Source: an uncultured archaeon
Lineage (GTDB): Archaea > Thermoproteota > Nitrososphaeria > Nitrososphaerales > Gagatemarchaeaceae
Direction of reading: 5' to 3'
NCBI GenBank assembly: GCA_963799775.1
Contig: CAWCYD010000003.1
Coordinates: forward strand, 1,696,001 to 1,760,000
Length of the DNA: 64,000 nt
The notes beneath the pieces are model-generated. The model saw only the letters and a program-made list of their open reading frames with translations. It had not been told where the DNA came from and did no database searches. Below, piece by piece: positions 11,181 to 22,205 of this stretch (position 1 is the stretch's first letter; every line of letters starts with the position of its first letter). The translations under genes and the position numbers were made by a program.

Positions 11181-12280
11181 TTGGGCGTTCCTGAGAAGAT
11201 AAAGAAGATCGAAGACGGACCTGCTGAAGACCCAGATCAACAAGCACACCGAGCGCCACATCGGCGTCCTGCGGGCGAAGCTCTCGAAGCTCAAGATGGA
11301 GCAGGAGGAGCAGCAATCCCGACGGTCGGGGAGCGCGGTCGGTTACGACGTCAAGAAGTCTGGAGACGGGACTGTCGTCCTCATCGGCCTGCCTAGCGTC
11401 GGCAAGTCGACCCTGCTCAACGTGCTTACAAACGCAAAGTCGAAGGTCGCCGCCTACCAGTTCACGACGCTCGACGTCGTTCCGGGGGTCCTTGAATACA
11501 ACGGGGCCAGGATACAGGTGCTCGACCTGCCCGGAATCATCCAAGGCGCGTCCTCAGGTAGGGGCCTGGGCAAGCGGGTCCTCGCGGTGGCGCGGAACGC
11601 CGACCTCATCATGTTCGTGATAGACGTCTTCCAGCCGGAGGCGCGCGCACTCCTCGAGAAGGAGCTCCGGCTGACCGGGATACGGGTCGACGATGGACCC
11701 TCCCAACGTCGTGATAGAGTCGACCACCACAGGCGGGATATCGGTGGTCTCCCAGGTCAAGCTCACCAAGATCACCGTGGAGATCGTGAAGGACATCCTG
11801 AGAGTCTACGGGATGAACAGCGCCCGGGTCGTCCTACGCCAGGATATCAGCGACGAGCAGCTCATCGACGTGATCCTAGGGACCAGAGTCTACATTCCGT
11901 CGCTGGTCGTCATGAACAAGATCGACCTCGTCAACGCAGGTTTCATCAACGAGGTGACGGCCAAGCTGGCCTACAAGTTCGTCCCGATCTCTGCGGAGAG
12001 CAACGTGAACATCGAGGCGCTGAAGCAGGAGATGTATCGGAGGCTGGACTTCATCAGGATATACATGCGGAGGAGGAGCGGCGAGACCGACTACAAGGAG
12101 CCGATGATCGTGAGGAACGGCTCGACGGTGCTCGAGGTGTGCGACAAGGTCCACCGCAAGATGAAGGACGACTTCCGCTACGCGCTCATCTGGGGGAAGA
12201 GCGTCAAGTTCGACGGGCAGCGCGTCGGAATCGGCCACCTGCTGATGGACGAGGACGTCCTCACGCTGGTAACAAAGTGA
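11181..12280 (+). CDS. DRG/OBG-family GTPase with TGS domain (frameshifts near 11215 and 11700)
   Basis: GLPSVGKS, YQFTT, DLPG, NKID, WGKSVKFDGQRVG. Confidence 0.93.
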
Positions 12281-12293
12281 GTCGACGCGTCCA

Positions 12294-12737
12294 TTGGTCT
12301 CTGGGAACGCTTCCCCCGTGGACGTCTTGAAGAGAAGCAAGACAGTCGCTGTCGTCGGAGCTTCCAAGAGCCCTGAGAAGGAGGCGCACACCGTCCCCGA
12401 GTATCTCAAGCAGAACGGCTACAGCATCGTCCCGATCAATCCGACGGCGACGGAGATCCTCGGGGAGACGGCCTACCCTTCGCTCAAGGACGTCCCTGAG
12501 AAGCTGGCGAAAACCATCGACGTGGTGGAAGTCTTCAGGCCCAGCGAGGAGCTCCCGCAGGTGGCCAACCAGGTGGTCGAGCTGAAGAAACGGACGGGCC
12601 GACCGGTCGTCTTCTGGGCTCAACAGGGCCTGGAGAACGAGGAGGCGAAGCGCATCCTGGAGGGGAACGGGATCCCCTACGTGATGGACGCATGCATGAG
12701 GGCGATCCACCAGATACACGTCAGGAAGGCTGCTTGA
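12294..12737 (+). CDS. CoA-binding protein (YccU-like)
   Basis: VAVVGAS, PINP, DVVEVFRP, WAQQG, MDACM. Confidence 0.9.
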   Translation: MVSGNASPVDVLKRSKTVAVVGASKSPEKEAHTVPEYLKQNGYSIVPINPTATEILGETAYPSLKDVPEKLAKTIDVVEVFRPSEELPQVANQVVELKKRTGRPVVFWAQQGLENEEAKRILEGNGIPYVMDACMRAIHQIHVRKAA

Positions 12738-12858
12738 GCAGCTCGTAGAGCCTATATCTCGTCTCCTCACCCGGAGATAGGACGTATCCGCAGAAGTTGC
12801 ACACGACCCCCGTCTCTTTTCGTTTCAACGAGTTCTTGCCGCACTTCGGGCACTTCAT
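12721..12858 (-). CDS. Small zinc-ribbon protein
   Basis: MKCPKCG...CNFCGY. Confidence 0.6.
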   Translation of the reverse strand: MKCPKCGKNSLKRKETGVVCNFCGYVLSPGEETRYRLYELLKQPS

Positions 12859-13011
12859 GTCCTTCGAATCGGTCCTGGTGGGCTGGTGCAACGCGGAATC
12901 CTCGAAGTCTGGTCTGAAGCACACAGCTAGACGCTTATAGGTTTGTCAGCAGATTTCATTCTCAGGCTCCCGCGATAGCTTTTTTAGAAACACCCATCCT
13001 TTTGGTCCGAA

Positions 13012-13509
13012 ATGGCCGCCAGACCTCTCAAGTGCAGGTTGCAGTTTCACGGGAAGATAGCGTGGGACAAGGAGCCAATCAACGACATCGCCAGAGAGAC
13101 CCAATTTGGTCGAGAGTACAAGGAGTACCGCATCGGGACGTGCATCGAATGCGGCGAGAGAGTTCTCTCCGAGACCCTGAAGTCGGCGAAGGGCATAGTC
13201 GAGGTGACGCCGGGCGTGGTGCAGAAGGCCGCGCCAGAGGTCATGGAGAAGCACGCCCAAGAGGCCGCGGCGGCCGACCAGGAGCGCAAGGAGCTCCTTG
13301 CCATGATTGCAAGGGCCTCGAACGAGCATCCGCACCTCAGGGTGGGGGAGCTGCTCTTCGTCGCGCTCACAAGGAGGATCAAGGTGAGCCTTGACCACGG
13401 GGTCAACAATGACTCTAGGGTAGGCCACTCGCTGTTCTACATCTTCGACTCTGAGCTCAAGAAGGCGGTCGAAGGGATTCCAAAGGCCGAAGAATACGAA
13501 GCGAGGTAG
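13012..13509 (+). CDS. Hypothetical protein
   Basis: Open 165-aa frame with host codon usage, CIEC and HPHLRVGELL. Confidence 0.6.
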   Translation: MAARPLKCRLQFHGKIAWDKEPINDIARETQFGREYKEYRIGTCIECGERVLSETLKSAKGIVEVTPGVVQKAAPEVMEKHAQEAAAADQERKELLAMIARASNEHPHLRVGELLFVALTRRIKVSLDHGVNNDSRVGHSLFYIFDSELKKAVEGIPKAEEYEAR

Positions 13510-13549
13510 GCCGCCAAGTCCACCCCGAGATCGGGGTGAGCCCCAGGAC

Positions 13550-13813
13550 GCTCCGGGATGGACCGTCTATGTGTTGAGGTGCAAGAACGGGGACCTCTAC
13601 ACGGGGTGCACCACGGACGTGGAGAGACGGGTGCGCGAGCACAACTCGGGGAAAGGGAGCAAGTTCACAAGATCGCGGCTCCCTGTGGCCCTCGTGTATC
13701 GAGAGGAGCTTGGCGCGAGGTCTGAGGCCCTCCGGAGGGAGCGAGCCATCAAGGCGATGAGGAGGACCGAGAAGCTGGGGTTGGTCGGTCAGGCCTCGGC
13801 GACCAGGGCATAG
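13550..13813 (+). CDS. GIY-YIG nuclease (UPF0213-like; start approximate)
   Basis: WTVYVLRC..LYTGCT...R..EHN.GKGSKFTR...E..IK. Confidence 0.85.
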   Translation, partial: APGWTVYVLRCKNGDLYTGCTTDVERRVREHNSGKGSKFTRSRLPVALVYREELGARSEALRRERAIKAMRRTEKLGLVGQASATRA

Positions 13814-14574
13814 ACCGGGCTCTCCGCCCTGGAGGGGCCCCTGCTCGTCAAGGACTCGAAAGTGCCCTTCACCTTCCATCCTGTGGTCTCGAGCCTCGAG
13901 ACGAGCTCGTGGGGCGAGTAGACCCTGATGTCCGTCGGGAACTCCCCGGCGTACTTTAGCGTCTCGCCTCCCCTGCCCTGCTTCAGATAGAATCTCCAGT
14001 TCCCCTTCTCCCGCGACCGCGCAGAGTCGAAGGTATACCTGTCCAGCACGAGCACCCTCCTGCTCTCCTCGTAGACGTTCTGGGAGGGGTTCCGCGCGAT
14101 GTAGTCCCTGTTGCGCAGGCCGGAGATGATCAGCAGGCCTCCTGGTCTCGTGACCTTTAGAGCGTCTTGGAAGAAGCTGAGGTCGTCCGCTTCCGACCCG
14201 TAGCCTATGCTCGTGAAGACGTTCAGAACCACGTCGAAGCTGCCGGGCGGGAACCTTCCTGAGAGGTCGTGCATGTCGCCGACGAGGAAGCTCGCCCTTC
14301 CCCCTAGCTTGAAGTTGGCCGCCTTCTTGGCGGCGACGTCGACGAGGTGCGGCGAGAGGTCCATTCCAACGACCTCGAAGCCCAGCCTGCCGAGGGGGAT
14401 GCCCACCCTCCCGATGCCGCAGGGGACGTCCAGGATCCGGCAGCCTTTGAGCCCTTTCTCCGAGAGGTAGGAGGAGATGGCGACCGCGTCCTCTTCGCCC
14501 CGCTCCCACATCCCCTCGAGGACGAGCTCGTAGAGCTTCGCGTTCCTGATGAAGATGTTCTCCGCCCAGTCCAA
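13789..14574 (-). CDS. Class I SAM-dependent methyltransferase
   Basis: ILDVPCGIGR, GDM, FDVVLNVFTSIGY. Confidence 0.9.
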   Translation of the reverse strand: MDWAENIFIRNAKLYELVLEGMWERGEEDAVAISSYLSEKGLKGCRILDVPCGIGRVGIPLGRLGFEVVGMDLSPHLVDVAAKKAANFKLGGRASFLVGDMHDLSGRFPPGSFDVVLNVFTSIGYGSEADDLSFFQDALKVTRPGGLLIISGLRNRDYIARNPSQNVYEESRRVLVLDRYTFDSARSREKGNWRFYLKQGRGGETLKYAGEFPTDIRVYSPHELVSRLETTGWKVKGTFESLTSRGPSRAESPVYALVAEA

Positions 14575-14634
14575 GCGTCTCTCCTAGGAGAGGGACGCTA
14601 GAAAAGCCTGGACCAGGCAGAGGGAACCAGCAAG

Positions 14635-15886
14635 CTAGGGCCTCTTCCTGGAGATCGCTATCCCAACGACAGCCGCTACGGCGGCTGCCAGCGCGATGGT
14701 CCCGATCTCAAGGAGGCCCGCGCCGGAGGAGCTCGTCGTCGACGAACTCGATGTGGACAAATTCGATGTGGAAGGTTGAGAGGAGGATGCCGGGAAGGGA
14801 GGGATGGAGGTGGTCGTCGACTGGGCGTTGCTTGTCGTTGATGCGGCGCTGTTGCCCGCTGCTTGTCCTGCCTCCAGGGAGCTCGTCGCCCCCTGTGCGG
14901 GAGAGGAGATGACCGCACCGACGGTCGGCGCGCCGCCCGCCGCACTAGCGCCTTGCGCGTAGAGTATCGGCGTGGGTTGGGTCTGCGCTGTCAAGACCAT
15001 GCTGAGGCTCGTCTGGGGTGGGAGTAGGAGCCCTGAGGCGCTCAGGTACACGTACTCGGGGCTGTAGTAGATCGTGACGTTGACGAGCTGGCCGCCCACG
15101 TTGACTTGCTCGGTCGTCTGGCTCTTTGGAAGGTTCACCTGCACGTCATAGGAGGTTGACAGGACGAGAGGGACCGCTGGCACCAGGAGATGGGCCACGC
15201 CGTCGTTACCTGTCTGCGCGTACATCGTGAGGTTGGCGTAGTCGCCCCAGTAGATGTATGTCCCCACCGCGTTCGCTGAGACATACGCGCCTGAGACGGC
15301 CGTGCCGTTCTTGAAGCTGACGCTCACCGTGACCTTGGTGGTCGGGATGTTCGATGGAGGCTGGGCGGCGATCGTTACAGTCGTGGGGCCGCTCACCTGT
15401 GTGATGGCGTAGCCATACTCCTCGGGTTGGCTGTTGTAGAAGCAGGGATAGGCTATCGCCGAGCTGGCGGAGCCGGCCGACTTTGAGGTCGGGGTGCTCA
15501 CACCCCCAGGTTGCGCGCACGCGCAGCAGACGGGCGGCGTGCTCGTCGACTGCTGTCCTTCTACCGTCGCCCCGAAGAGGTAGCTGCCCTGACGGGAGGT
15601 CCATCGTCACCTGCGGGTACTGGCCCGTGTAGGAGGCGACCTGCGTGCCCGACGAGTTGTAGGCGACCAAGTCATACGAGCTCACTTTCGTGATGTTCTG
15701 CGACTGAATCGAGAGCTCGACCGCGTTCAGACTCGCCCCGGACCCACCACTGCTACTGGTCGACGTGGCAGCGAAGAGCTGGGGGAGCGGCGCCAGCCCT
15801 GCCAATAAAAGAGCGAGGATGGACGCCGAGACTGTTATTGCCGTTACCTTCGGCCTTGATGATAGTGCCGTTCGCATCTGAATCAC
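14635..15886 (-). CDS. Secreted, C-terminally anchored surface protein (frameshifts at about 15510-15600)
   Basis: N-terminal signal-like helix, Ig-like beta-rich middle, Ser/Thr linker, C-terminal TM followed by RKRP. Confidence 0.7.
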
Positions 15887-15974
15887 TGGTATGGGGTTGG
15901 CGGCAAATCTAGTTGATGCTATGGCCTAGAACGCCTGTTCTCCATCCCAGAACAGGCAAGGGATTCCACTTCCA

Positions 15975-16550
15975 CTAGGCCTGGACCACGCTCGTGCCCA
16001 GGAACTTGTCGCTGAACTTCCTCATGTAGCCCACCTCCAAGGCGAGGCCTAGGACGACGTCCAGGAGGAGGAGCACCCAGTAAATCTTGCTCAGGTTCCT
16101 GAGAAAAGAGGCTCCCAAAGTGGGGCGCCCGCCGCCATCCGTGGTGACGCGCATCCCCATCACCGCCTTTCCGATCGTCTTGCCGTAGGTGGCCTCTGCT
16201 AGGGTGAAGTACAGGACGAGCAGGAGGTCCGCCAACGGGCCGAAGAAGGCCCCGAAGGGGAACAAGTGCGACGCGTAGCCAGGGATGAAGATGCTCGCGA
16301 AGAATGAGGGGATGGCGACTGCGGCCGCGGCTAGGCCTATCACAAGAAAGACGATGATCGAGTCGATGACGTAGGCGACGAGCCTCCTCACCCAGTACTC
16401 CTGCGCCCTCGCATCCCTCGAGAGCATCGTGAGGCCGCTCGCCGGTAACTGCGGCCCGGTCGTAGCGCTGTTGCCGACCGGCGTCCCGCACGAAGGGCAG
16501 AAGCCCGCCCCTATCGGAATCGGCGTACCGCACTTCGAGCATAATGCCAT
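15975..16550 (-). CDS. Zinc-ribbon + RDD-family membrane protein
   Basis: CSKCG..FCPSCG, RRLVAYVID, GKTIGK..MGMRV. Confidence 0.88.
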   Translation of the reverse strand: MALCSKCGTPIPIGAGFCPSCGTPVGNSATTGPQLPASGLTMLSRDARAQEYWVRRLVAYVIDSIIVFLVIGLAAAAVAIPSFFASIFIPGYASHLFPFGAFFGPLADLLLVLYFTLAEATYGKTIGKAVMGMRVTTDGGGRPTLGASFLRNLSKIYWVLLLLDVVLGLALEVGYMRKFSDKFLGTSVVQA

Positions 16551-16639
16551 CTCCAAGCGACCTGACCCGCATAGAAGGTTTCGGCTCCTATGTTAACAGG
16601 AGGTCTGCGGCCCCGGCCACTCGCCCTTTGGGCAGCAGC

Positions 16640-17287
16640 TTACGCTGCCTCGAAGGACTCGGCCGCTTCCTCTGCGACCGACTGCGGGATGTCGGGGAAC
16701 TTCTCCTTCATGCGGCTCTCTGCCACAGCTGCCGCCTCGGAGAGCGCCCTCTCCGCCTCCTCGTTGGCGGTCTCGAAGTTCATCGTGTACCCGCCGATGG
16801 AGCCTGCATCGACCAAGATGCCGCTGAGCAGACTGGAGACCTCGCCCATCTCGCCGACCGCGTCGGGCATGACTCCCGTGATGTCTTGCTTCACGCTTCT
16901 CACGATGGACGTCGCCGGAGCGAGCGTGGTGACTATGTCTCCCATCTCTGTTATCGTGTTGAGCCTGAGCACTATCTGCTCGAGGGCCAGCCTGGACTGG
17001 GTGACCATCTTCCCAACCTTGCGGACCTCCGCGAGCTCGTTGGCGAACATCGATGCCCTCTGGTTCTCGTGCTTCTGGACTGCGGCCACAATCTTGACGA
17101 AGAGGGCGTGGTCCCTGTCTCGGATCTTTACCATCGAGTTGTCGAGCTTCGCCATCACGACCTGGATCTGGCGCGTGAGAGCGTCAAGGCGCGGCTTCAG
17201 CGGTCCAGGGTTGTTGAACCTCCCCCTGAGCCTCTCCCCGAAGCCGGTTGATTTCTTCCTGTCCCAGTTACTTGAAAAATCTGACAT
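16640..17287 (-). CDS. cdvB: ESCRT-III/Snf7 cell-division protein, CdvB paralog
   Basis: ANELAEVRK, ALEQIVLRL.T..EMGD, EAERALSEAAAVAE...KFPD. Confidence 0.88.
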   Translation of the reverse strand: MSDFSSNWDRKKSTGFGERLRGRFNNPGPLKPRLDALTRQIQVVMAKLDNSMVKIRDRDHALFVKIVAAVQKHENQRASMFANELAEVRKVGKMVTQSRLALEQIVLRLNTITEMGDIVTTLAPATSIVRSVKQDITGVMPDAVGEMGEVSSLLSGILVDAGSIGGYTMNFETANEEAERALSEAAAVAESRMKEKFPDIPQSVAEEAAESFEAA

Positions 17288-17384
17288 CCGACCGTCGGGG
17301 CCAATTTCGTCCCTATTTTCGGGCGGGTGAAAATGTTTTCACATGTTGCATGAACTTCCGGTCCAGGGATGAGAGCGGGCCTGC

Positions 17385-18188
17385 TCAGGCCTCGGTCTCG
17401 AACTTCTTTGCGACCTTCTCTGCCGCCGCTGTCGCCGCCTCGACCGCGTTCATCATGCTCGTCCTCAGCGACCCCCTCTCGAGCTCGTAGATGCCGGCTA
17501 TGGTGGTCCCGGCAGGGGTCGTCACGGTGTCGCGCAGCTCTGCGGGGTGCATATGCTTCTGGCTCAGGAGGTCGGCCGTCCCCGTGAGCGTCTTCGTGAC
17601 GAGCTTCAACGAGATGTCCCTTGGGATCCCCACCTTGAGACCGGCGCTCACCATCGCCTCTATCACGACGGCGATGTAGGCCGGTCCGCTCCCGCTCAAC
17701 GCCGTGATCGGGTTCAGGAGGTTCTCTGGCACCTTGACGCAGTCCCCGAAGCAACAGAGGATGAACTCGACCTGGGCCTCGTCCGCCGCGGAGAGCTTGC
17801 TCCCGAGCGAGTAGGCGGTTATCGCCTCGCCTATGACCGCTGCGATGTTCGGCATCGCCCGGACCACCTTCGCCTTTGGAAGTGCCCGCTCGAGCCTCTC
17901 GATTGTGATGGCCGCCATGAGGGAGATGACCAGCTTGCCGGTGGTGAACTGGGAGATGTCGGCTAGCACATGCTTCGCGTCCCCCGCCTTGACCGCCACC
18001 AGAATCAGGTCGGCCCTCTTCGCCGCCTCCCGGTTGTCCGTCGTCACCTGAATCTTCGCCGACCGGACGTGCCTGAGCGTCGAGACATCCCTCTTCGTCA
18101 TTATCACCTTGGTGACCTGTCTCGACTTTGCTATGGAGGTGGCGACAGCCTCTCCGATCTTGCCGGCCCCGATGACGGCTACTATCAA
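17385..18188 (-). CDS. proC: Pyrroline-5-carboxylate reductase
   Basis: IGAGKIG, RAMPN, ALSGSGPAY, VTTPAGTTIAG. Confidence 0.95.
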   Translation of the reverse strand: MIVAVIGAGKIGEAVATSIAKSRQVTKVIMTKRDVSTLRHVRSAKIQVTTDNREAAKRADLILVAVKAGDAKHVLADISQFTTGKLVISLMAAITIERLERALPKAKVVRAMPNIAAVIGEAITAYSLGSKLSAADEAQVEFILCCFGDCVKVPENLLNPITALSGSGPAYIAVVIEAMVSAGLKVGIPRDISLKLVTKTLTGTADLLSQKHMHPAELRDTVTTPAGTTIAGIYELERGSLRTSMMNAVEAATAAAEKVAKKFETEA

Positions 18189-18369
18189 AGCGTCCTGACG
18201 GCTCGGGTCCGTTGTCTGGTTAATAACTTGGCTTTGGTCGGGGACGGGGAAGCCCACCTCGCAAATCATAATTGCCCCCTCGACATCACGTGTGGAGAAC
18301 AGACCTTGAGCCGACGAAAGAACAGGATGAACCTCTCCCTCCTCCAACAGGAGGTACTACCTTCTGGCC

Positions 18370-19026
18370 GTGGTAATCGCGATCGTCGGGATATCCGCCT
18401 ATCTGGCGTACGTGGGCTTGAACGCCCCGCAGGCGGCCTCGACGACGAAGCCCGTCATCCTGTACGTGAACCAGGGCAATCTTTTCGTGAACGAGTCGAC
18501 CTACCCACAGCTTCTCAGCGTCGCGAAGTCTCACGGGTTCAACACCATCTTCTTCCAGGTCTACCGGGGCGGGACTCTCCTGTACAACGACAGCACCCTC
18601 AGTCAGTTCGCCGTCTCGGCTCACAAAGACGGCCTGAAGATCTTCTTCGCGCTCCTCTTCTCGAACGCCACCAACCCTTTGCCCACCAACATCTACCACG
18701 ACGGAGAGGACGGGATTAGCTTCGACATGTCCAGCCTCTCCATCAACGACCAGTACTCTATCTTCGACAACGTAACGGCCTCCTACACGGGCAAGACGGC
18801 CATCACGACCACCGACCCCACGCTCCCCCTGAAGCCGGACCTTCTGGTTCTCGAGACGTACGAGCCGGGCTACCAGCAGTACATCCATCCCGGGATAATC
18901 GGCAGCGTCGAGGTGGTCAACACGACGAGTCAGGCTGATTACAATAGCGCCTTCTATTACGCGCTGGACAACAGCGACGGCGTGATGGTCTTCGACTACG
19001 CGGGCCTGCTCAAGTCAGGATACTGA
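18370..19026 (+). CDS. Secreted hypothetical protein, possibly a glycoside-hydrolase-like TIM barrel
   Basis: N-terminal TM, GFNTIFFQV, DGISFDM, GVMVFDY. Confidence 0.6.
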   Translation: MVIAIVGISAYLAYVGLNAPQAASTTKPVILYVNQGNLFVNESTYPQLLSVAKSHGFNTIFFQVYRGGTLLYNDSTLSQFAVSAHKDGLKIFFALLFSNATNPLPTNIYHDGEDGISFDMSSLSINDQYSIFDNVTASYTGKTAITTTDPTLPLKPDLLVLETYEPGYQQYIHPGIIGSVEVVNTTSQADYNSAFYYALDNSDGVMVFDYAGLLKSGY

Positions 19027-19065
19027 CCCAGAGCATTATTATCTCACTCGCGGACAGTTGGTGCG

Positions 19066-19623
19066 ATGTCGCTTCATCCTGAACCCGACTCTCGAAGCCT
19101 TCTGCAGTTCTTCATCATGTCCGGCCGTCTCAAGGCGGAGCTGAGGAGAGGGTGGATGAAGAAGCTGGGGATGGACCACCCGGAGTCGGTGGCGGACCAT
19201 TCATACCGTACGGCCCTGCTGGCGATGGTCATCAGCGACCTTCGGGGGCTCGACTCCGGGAAGGCGATGAGGCTCGCAATACTGCACGACCTGCCCGAAG
19301 CAATAGTCGGGGACGCGACGCCAGAGGAGAGGTCGGGGGAGCGCAAGACACAGCTCGAGACAAAGGCGATGGAGGAGCTGTTGAGCGAGCTCCCCAAGGA
19401 GATCAGGACCAGCTACAGAGAGGCCTGGCGCGAGTACGCCGAGGGGAAGACCGCCGAGTCGCGCCTGGTCAGGCAGCTCGACAAGGTCGAGATGGCCATC
19501 CAGGCCTGGGAGTATGCCAACGGGGCAGGCGACCCTTCGTTGGCGAAGGAGTTCTGGGCCTCCGCGAAGGGTCACGTGAACGACGAAGACCTGGTGGAGC
19601 TCCTCACGCAGGTGGAGCCCTGA
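19066..19623 (+). CDS. HD-domain phosphohydrolase (HDDC2/YfbR-like)
   Basis: RRGW, ESVADHS, LHDLPEAIVGD, DKVEM. Confidence 0.9.
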   Translation: MSLHPEPDSRSLLQFFIMSGRLKAELRRGWMKKLGMDHPESVADHSYRTALLAMVISDLRGLDSGKAMRLAILHDLPEAIVGDATPEERSGERKTQLETKAMEELLSELPKEIRTSYREAWREYAEGKTAESRLVRQLDKVEMAIQAWEYANGAGDPSLAKEFWASAKGHVNDEDLVELLTQVEP

Positions 19624-19626
19624 GGC

Positions 19627-20568
19627 TCACAAGCCGACCGTCTGCTTCCCGTATTTGGTCTTCACTTCTTCGGCGGGTATGAACTCCCTCTCGTAGGACT
19701 GCAGCTCCTTCAGGCCCCCTAGGTCGAAGAGCTTCCTGAGGTCGCTCAGCGGGTGGTCCTTGTACCTCCTCTCGAACTTCACCTGGGCCTGCGTGTCCTC
19801 CCTCTTCAGCTGCTCGAGGAAGTCCCAGACGGCGACGGACATGGCGTGCAAGGAGGCGAAGGGGTAGATCATCAAGGCCACGCCCATCTTGTGGCACTCT
19901 GCCACGCTGAGCCTTGGCGATATGGCGGTCGGGTGGAAGACCGTGGGGGCGCCCGTCTCGTCGCATATTGTCTCCAGCTCCTTTTTCGACGTCAGTCCGT
20001 CGGCGAAGACCAGGTCGGCGCCTGCATCCCAGCAGGCCTTCAGCCGCTCGACCGCGTCATCTATCCCCCCGCCGACTGCCCCTCTCGCGTCCGTCCTTGC
20101 GATGAGCACGAAGTCCGGGTCATCGGCTCTGATGACGCGCTTCGCCGCCTTGATCTTGCCGACCATCTCGTCGATGGAGACCACCTGCTTCCCCTTCAGG
20201 TGCCCGCACCGCTTCGGGATCACCTGGTCCTCGATGTGTATCCCGGCCACACCTGCGCGGATGTAGTCCTTGACCGTGCGCATGGTGTTCAGGGCGTTGC
20301 CGTAGCCGTTGTCCGAGTCGGCGATGAGCGGCAGGTCTGTGACGCTCGTGATGTACCTGGCGTTGGCCTGGACCTCGGTGGCCGTGGCGAGCCCAAAGTC
20401 CGCCATGCCGAGCTTGGACATGGAGGTCGCCGCCCCTCCCATGTACAGGATGTCAAAGCCGAGTTTCTCGGCGATCCTCGCGCAGTATGGGTCGTGGACC
20501 CCGGGAGCGACGATAGGTTTCTGCTTCCAGTTGTTGAGCTTCTTCCTCAGGCCCCTCGTTGTCTTCAT
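19627..20568 (-). CDS. Isocitrate lyase/PEP mutase family enzyme (methylisocitrate lyase-like)
   Basis: DSDNGYG, IEDQVIPKRCGH, IARTDAR. Confidence 0.9.
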   Translation of the reverse strand: MKTTRGLRKKLNNWKQKPIVAPGVHDPYCARIAEKLGFDILYMGGAATSMSKLGMADFGLATATEVQANARYITSVTDLPLIADSDNGYGNALNTMRTVKDYIRAGVAGIHIEDQVIPKRCGHLKGKQVVSIDEMVGKIKAAKRVIRADDPDFVLIARTDARGAVGGGIDDAVERLKACWDAGADLVFADGLTSKKELETICDETGAPTVFHPTAISPRLSVAECHKMGVALMIYPFASLHAMSVAVWDFLEQLKREDTQAQVKFERRYKDHPLSDLRKLFDLGGLKELQSYEREFIPAEEVKTKYGKQTVGL

Positions 20569-20701
20569 GGCTGTGCCAGCAGCAGGGCACGAGTAATAAG
20601 CGATGCTGGCGGATAATTCGTGAGGCGGAACCTTCGTGTGCGATTATCTATGCGAGAGCATGATTGGTGGGAAGAGCTTCAGTAGGACTTCGAGGTGAGT
20701 C

Positions 20702-21103
20702 TCACACTTCGATTGAAGGACCCGGGATTGCCTTGCGTGCGGAGCGGCTCTTTCCGTTCTTCGGCGCGCTCATGAATAGTTCCTCGATTGCCTCTAAAGG
20801 ATTGTCAGTCAAATGAAAAGTGATTCTTCGTCGTCCTCTTGCATTCCCATTTCTGCCTTTCCTGACAAGGGTCGCTCTTACCAGCCCAATTGCCTCGAAA
20901 AAATCCATGTGATCCATCACCGCCGAATAGGAGATTTCTAGTCTCTCTCTCAACTCCTCGCTTGTTAGAGGGCCTTCGGCAAGGGCGGACAGAATCTTCA
21001 TCCTCGAGTCACACTGGCGGCTGATGAGAACCGTTCCTCCCAGCTTGATGAGAGTAAAGTCGCCAAGACGGCTGGAAACCTCGGTCGTCTTGACCTTGAG
21101 CAT
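20702..21103 (-). CDS. ArsR-like winged-helix regulator
   Basis: RMKILSAL..GPLTSEEL...ISYSAVMDH. Confidence 0.8.
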   Translation of the reverse strand: MLKVKTTEVSSRLGDFTLIKLGGTVLISRQCDSRMKILSALAEGPLTSEELRERLEISYSAVMDHMDFFEAIGLVRATLVRKGRNGNARGRRRITFHLTDNPLEAIEELFMSAPKNGKSRSARKAIPGPSIEV

Positions 21104-21242
21104 CCAGCGGCGGTTGAGTTAGGGGCTTCTTTTAGGGTTTACGCCGTTCCCAATTTTTCGGGCTCTGCCCCAAATTATAGTGATTTGTCCCAATAGACTT
21201 AAATACAACTGAGGCGGATAATAACGTAGGTAATAATAGAAC

Positions 21243-22184
21243 ATGTCGTATAGATTGCATTCCCCCGGTCTTGAGGGGCGACAGGGGAGAGTAGGGAAGT
21301 GTCCCCGATGCGGCAAAGGACCTCTGGCTGAGGATTCCAACACTGGTGAGTTCTACTGCACCAACTGCGGGTACGTGATGAAGGAGAAGCTCGAAGAGAC
21401 CAGACCCGAGTGGAGGTCTTTCTCTGAAGAGCAGGGCGGAGAGAACAGGGCCAGGACTGGCATGCCCACCTCAATCACGTCGTTCGACATGGGCCTCTCG
21501 ACGGTGATCGGCTCGTCCAACAGGGACGCGTCCGGCTCCTCGCTGTCTGGCGCCATGAAGCACACGATGGACAGGGTGAGGATCTGGGACAAGAGGAGCC
21601 AGGCGGCCAACTCTTTCGACAGGAACCTGCGGCAGGCGTTCAACGAGATGAAGATGTTCGCCGAGAAGCTGGCGGTCCGCGACGAGGTCATCGAGAGGGC
21701 GGCCTACATCTACAGGAAGGCAGTGGAGAGAGGAGTCACCAGAGGCAGGTCGATAATCCAGATCTCCGCGGCAGCGCTCTACGCGGCCTGCAGGGACATG
21801 GAAGTCCCGAGGACGCTGAAGGACGTCGCAGCGGTGAGCAACGTCACGAAGAAGGACCTCGCCAGGTCTTACAGGATCCTGGTGAGGGAGATGGACCTCC
21901 AGATGCCCGTGCCCGACCCGATAAAGTCTGTCTCGAGGATTGCCTCGAGGGCCACCGTCAGCGAGAAGACGAAGAGAAGGGCACTCGAGATACTCACGAA
22001 GGCCCACCAGAAGGAAATCGTCGCCGGCAAGGACCCGATGGGGTTGGCGGCCGCCGCGCTCTACGTGGCATCCACCCTAGAGGGGAACGGGAAGACCCAG
22101 AAGGACATCGCCGACGCAGCAGCGATCACAGAGGTCACCCTCCGCAATAGGTACAAGGGCCTCAGGCTAGCTCTGGGCATCTAG
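21243..22184 (+). CDS. tfb: Transcription initiation factor IIB
   Basis: CPRCG..CTNCG zinc ribbon, PEWRSF, cyclin repeats, GKDPMGLAAAALY, TEVTLRNRYK. Confidence 0.96.
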   Translation: MSYRLHSPGLEGRQGRVGKCPRCGKGPLAEDSNTGEFYCTNCGYVMKEKLEETRPEWRSFSEEQGGENRARTGMPTSITSFDMGLSTVIGSSNRDASGSSLSGAMKHTMDRVRIWDKRSQAANSFDRNLRQAFNEMKMFAEKLAVRDEVIERAAYIYRKAVERGVTRGRSIIQISAAALYAACRDMEVPRTLKDVAAVSNVTKKDLARSYRILVREMDLQMPVPDPIKSVSRIASRATVSEKTKRRALEILTKAHQKEIVAGKDPMGLAAAALYVASTLEGNGKTQKDIADAAAITEVTLRNRYKGLRLALGI

Positions 22185-22205
22185 AGAGAAGCCTTTCTCT
22201 AGAGC

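Noticed and set aside
12987-12997. AAACACCCAT match to the 60-nt element
   Set aside because: Only 10 nt match and the flanks do not; likely chance.
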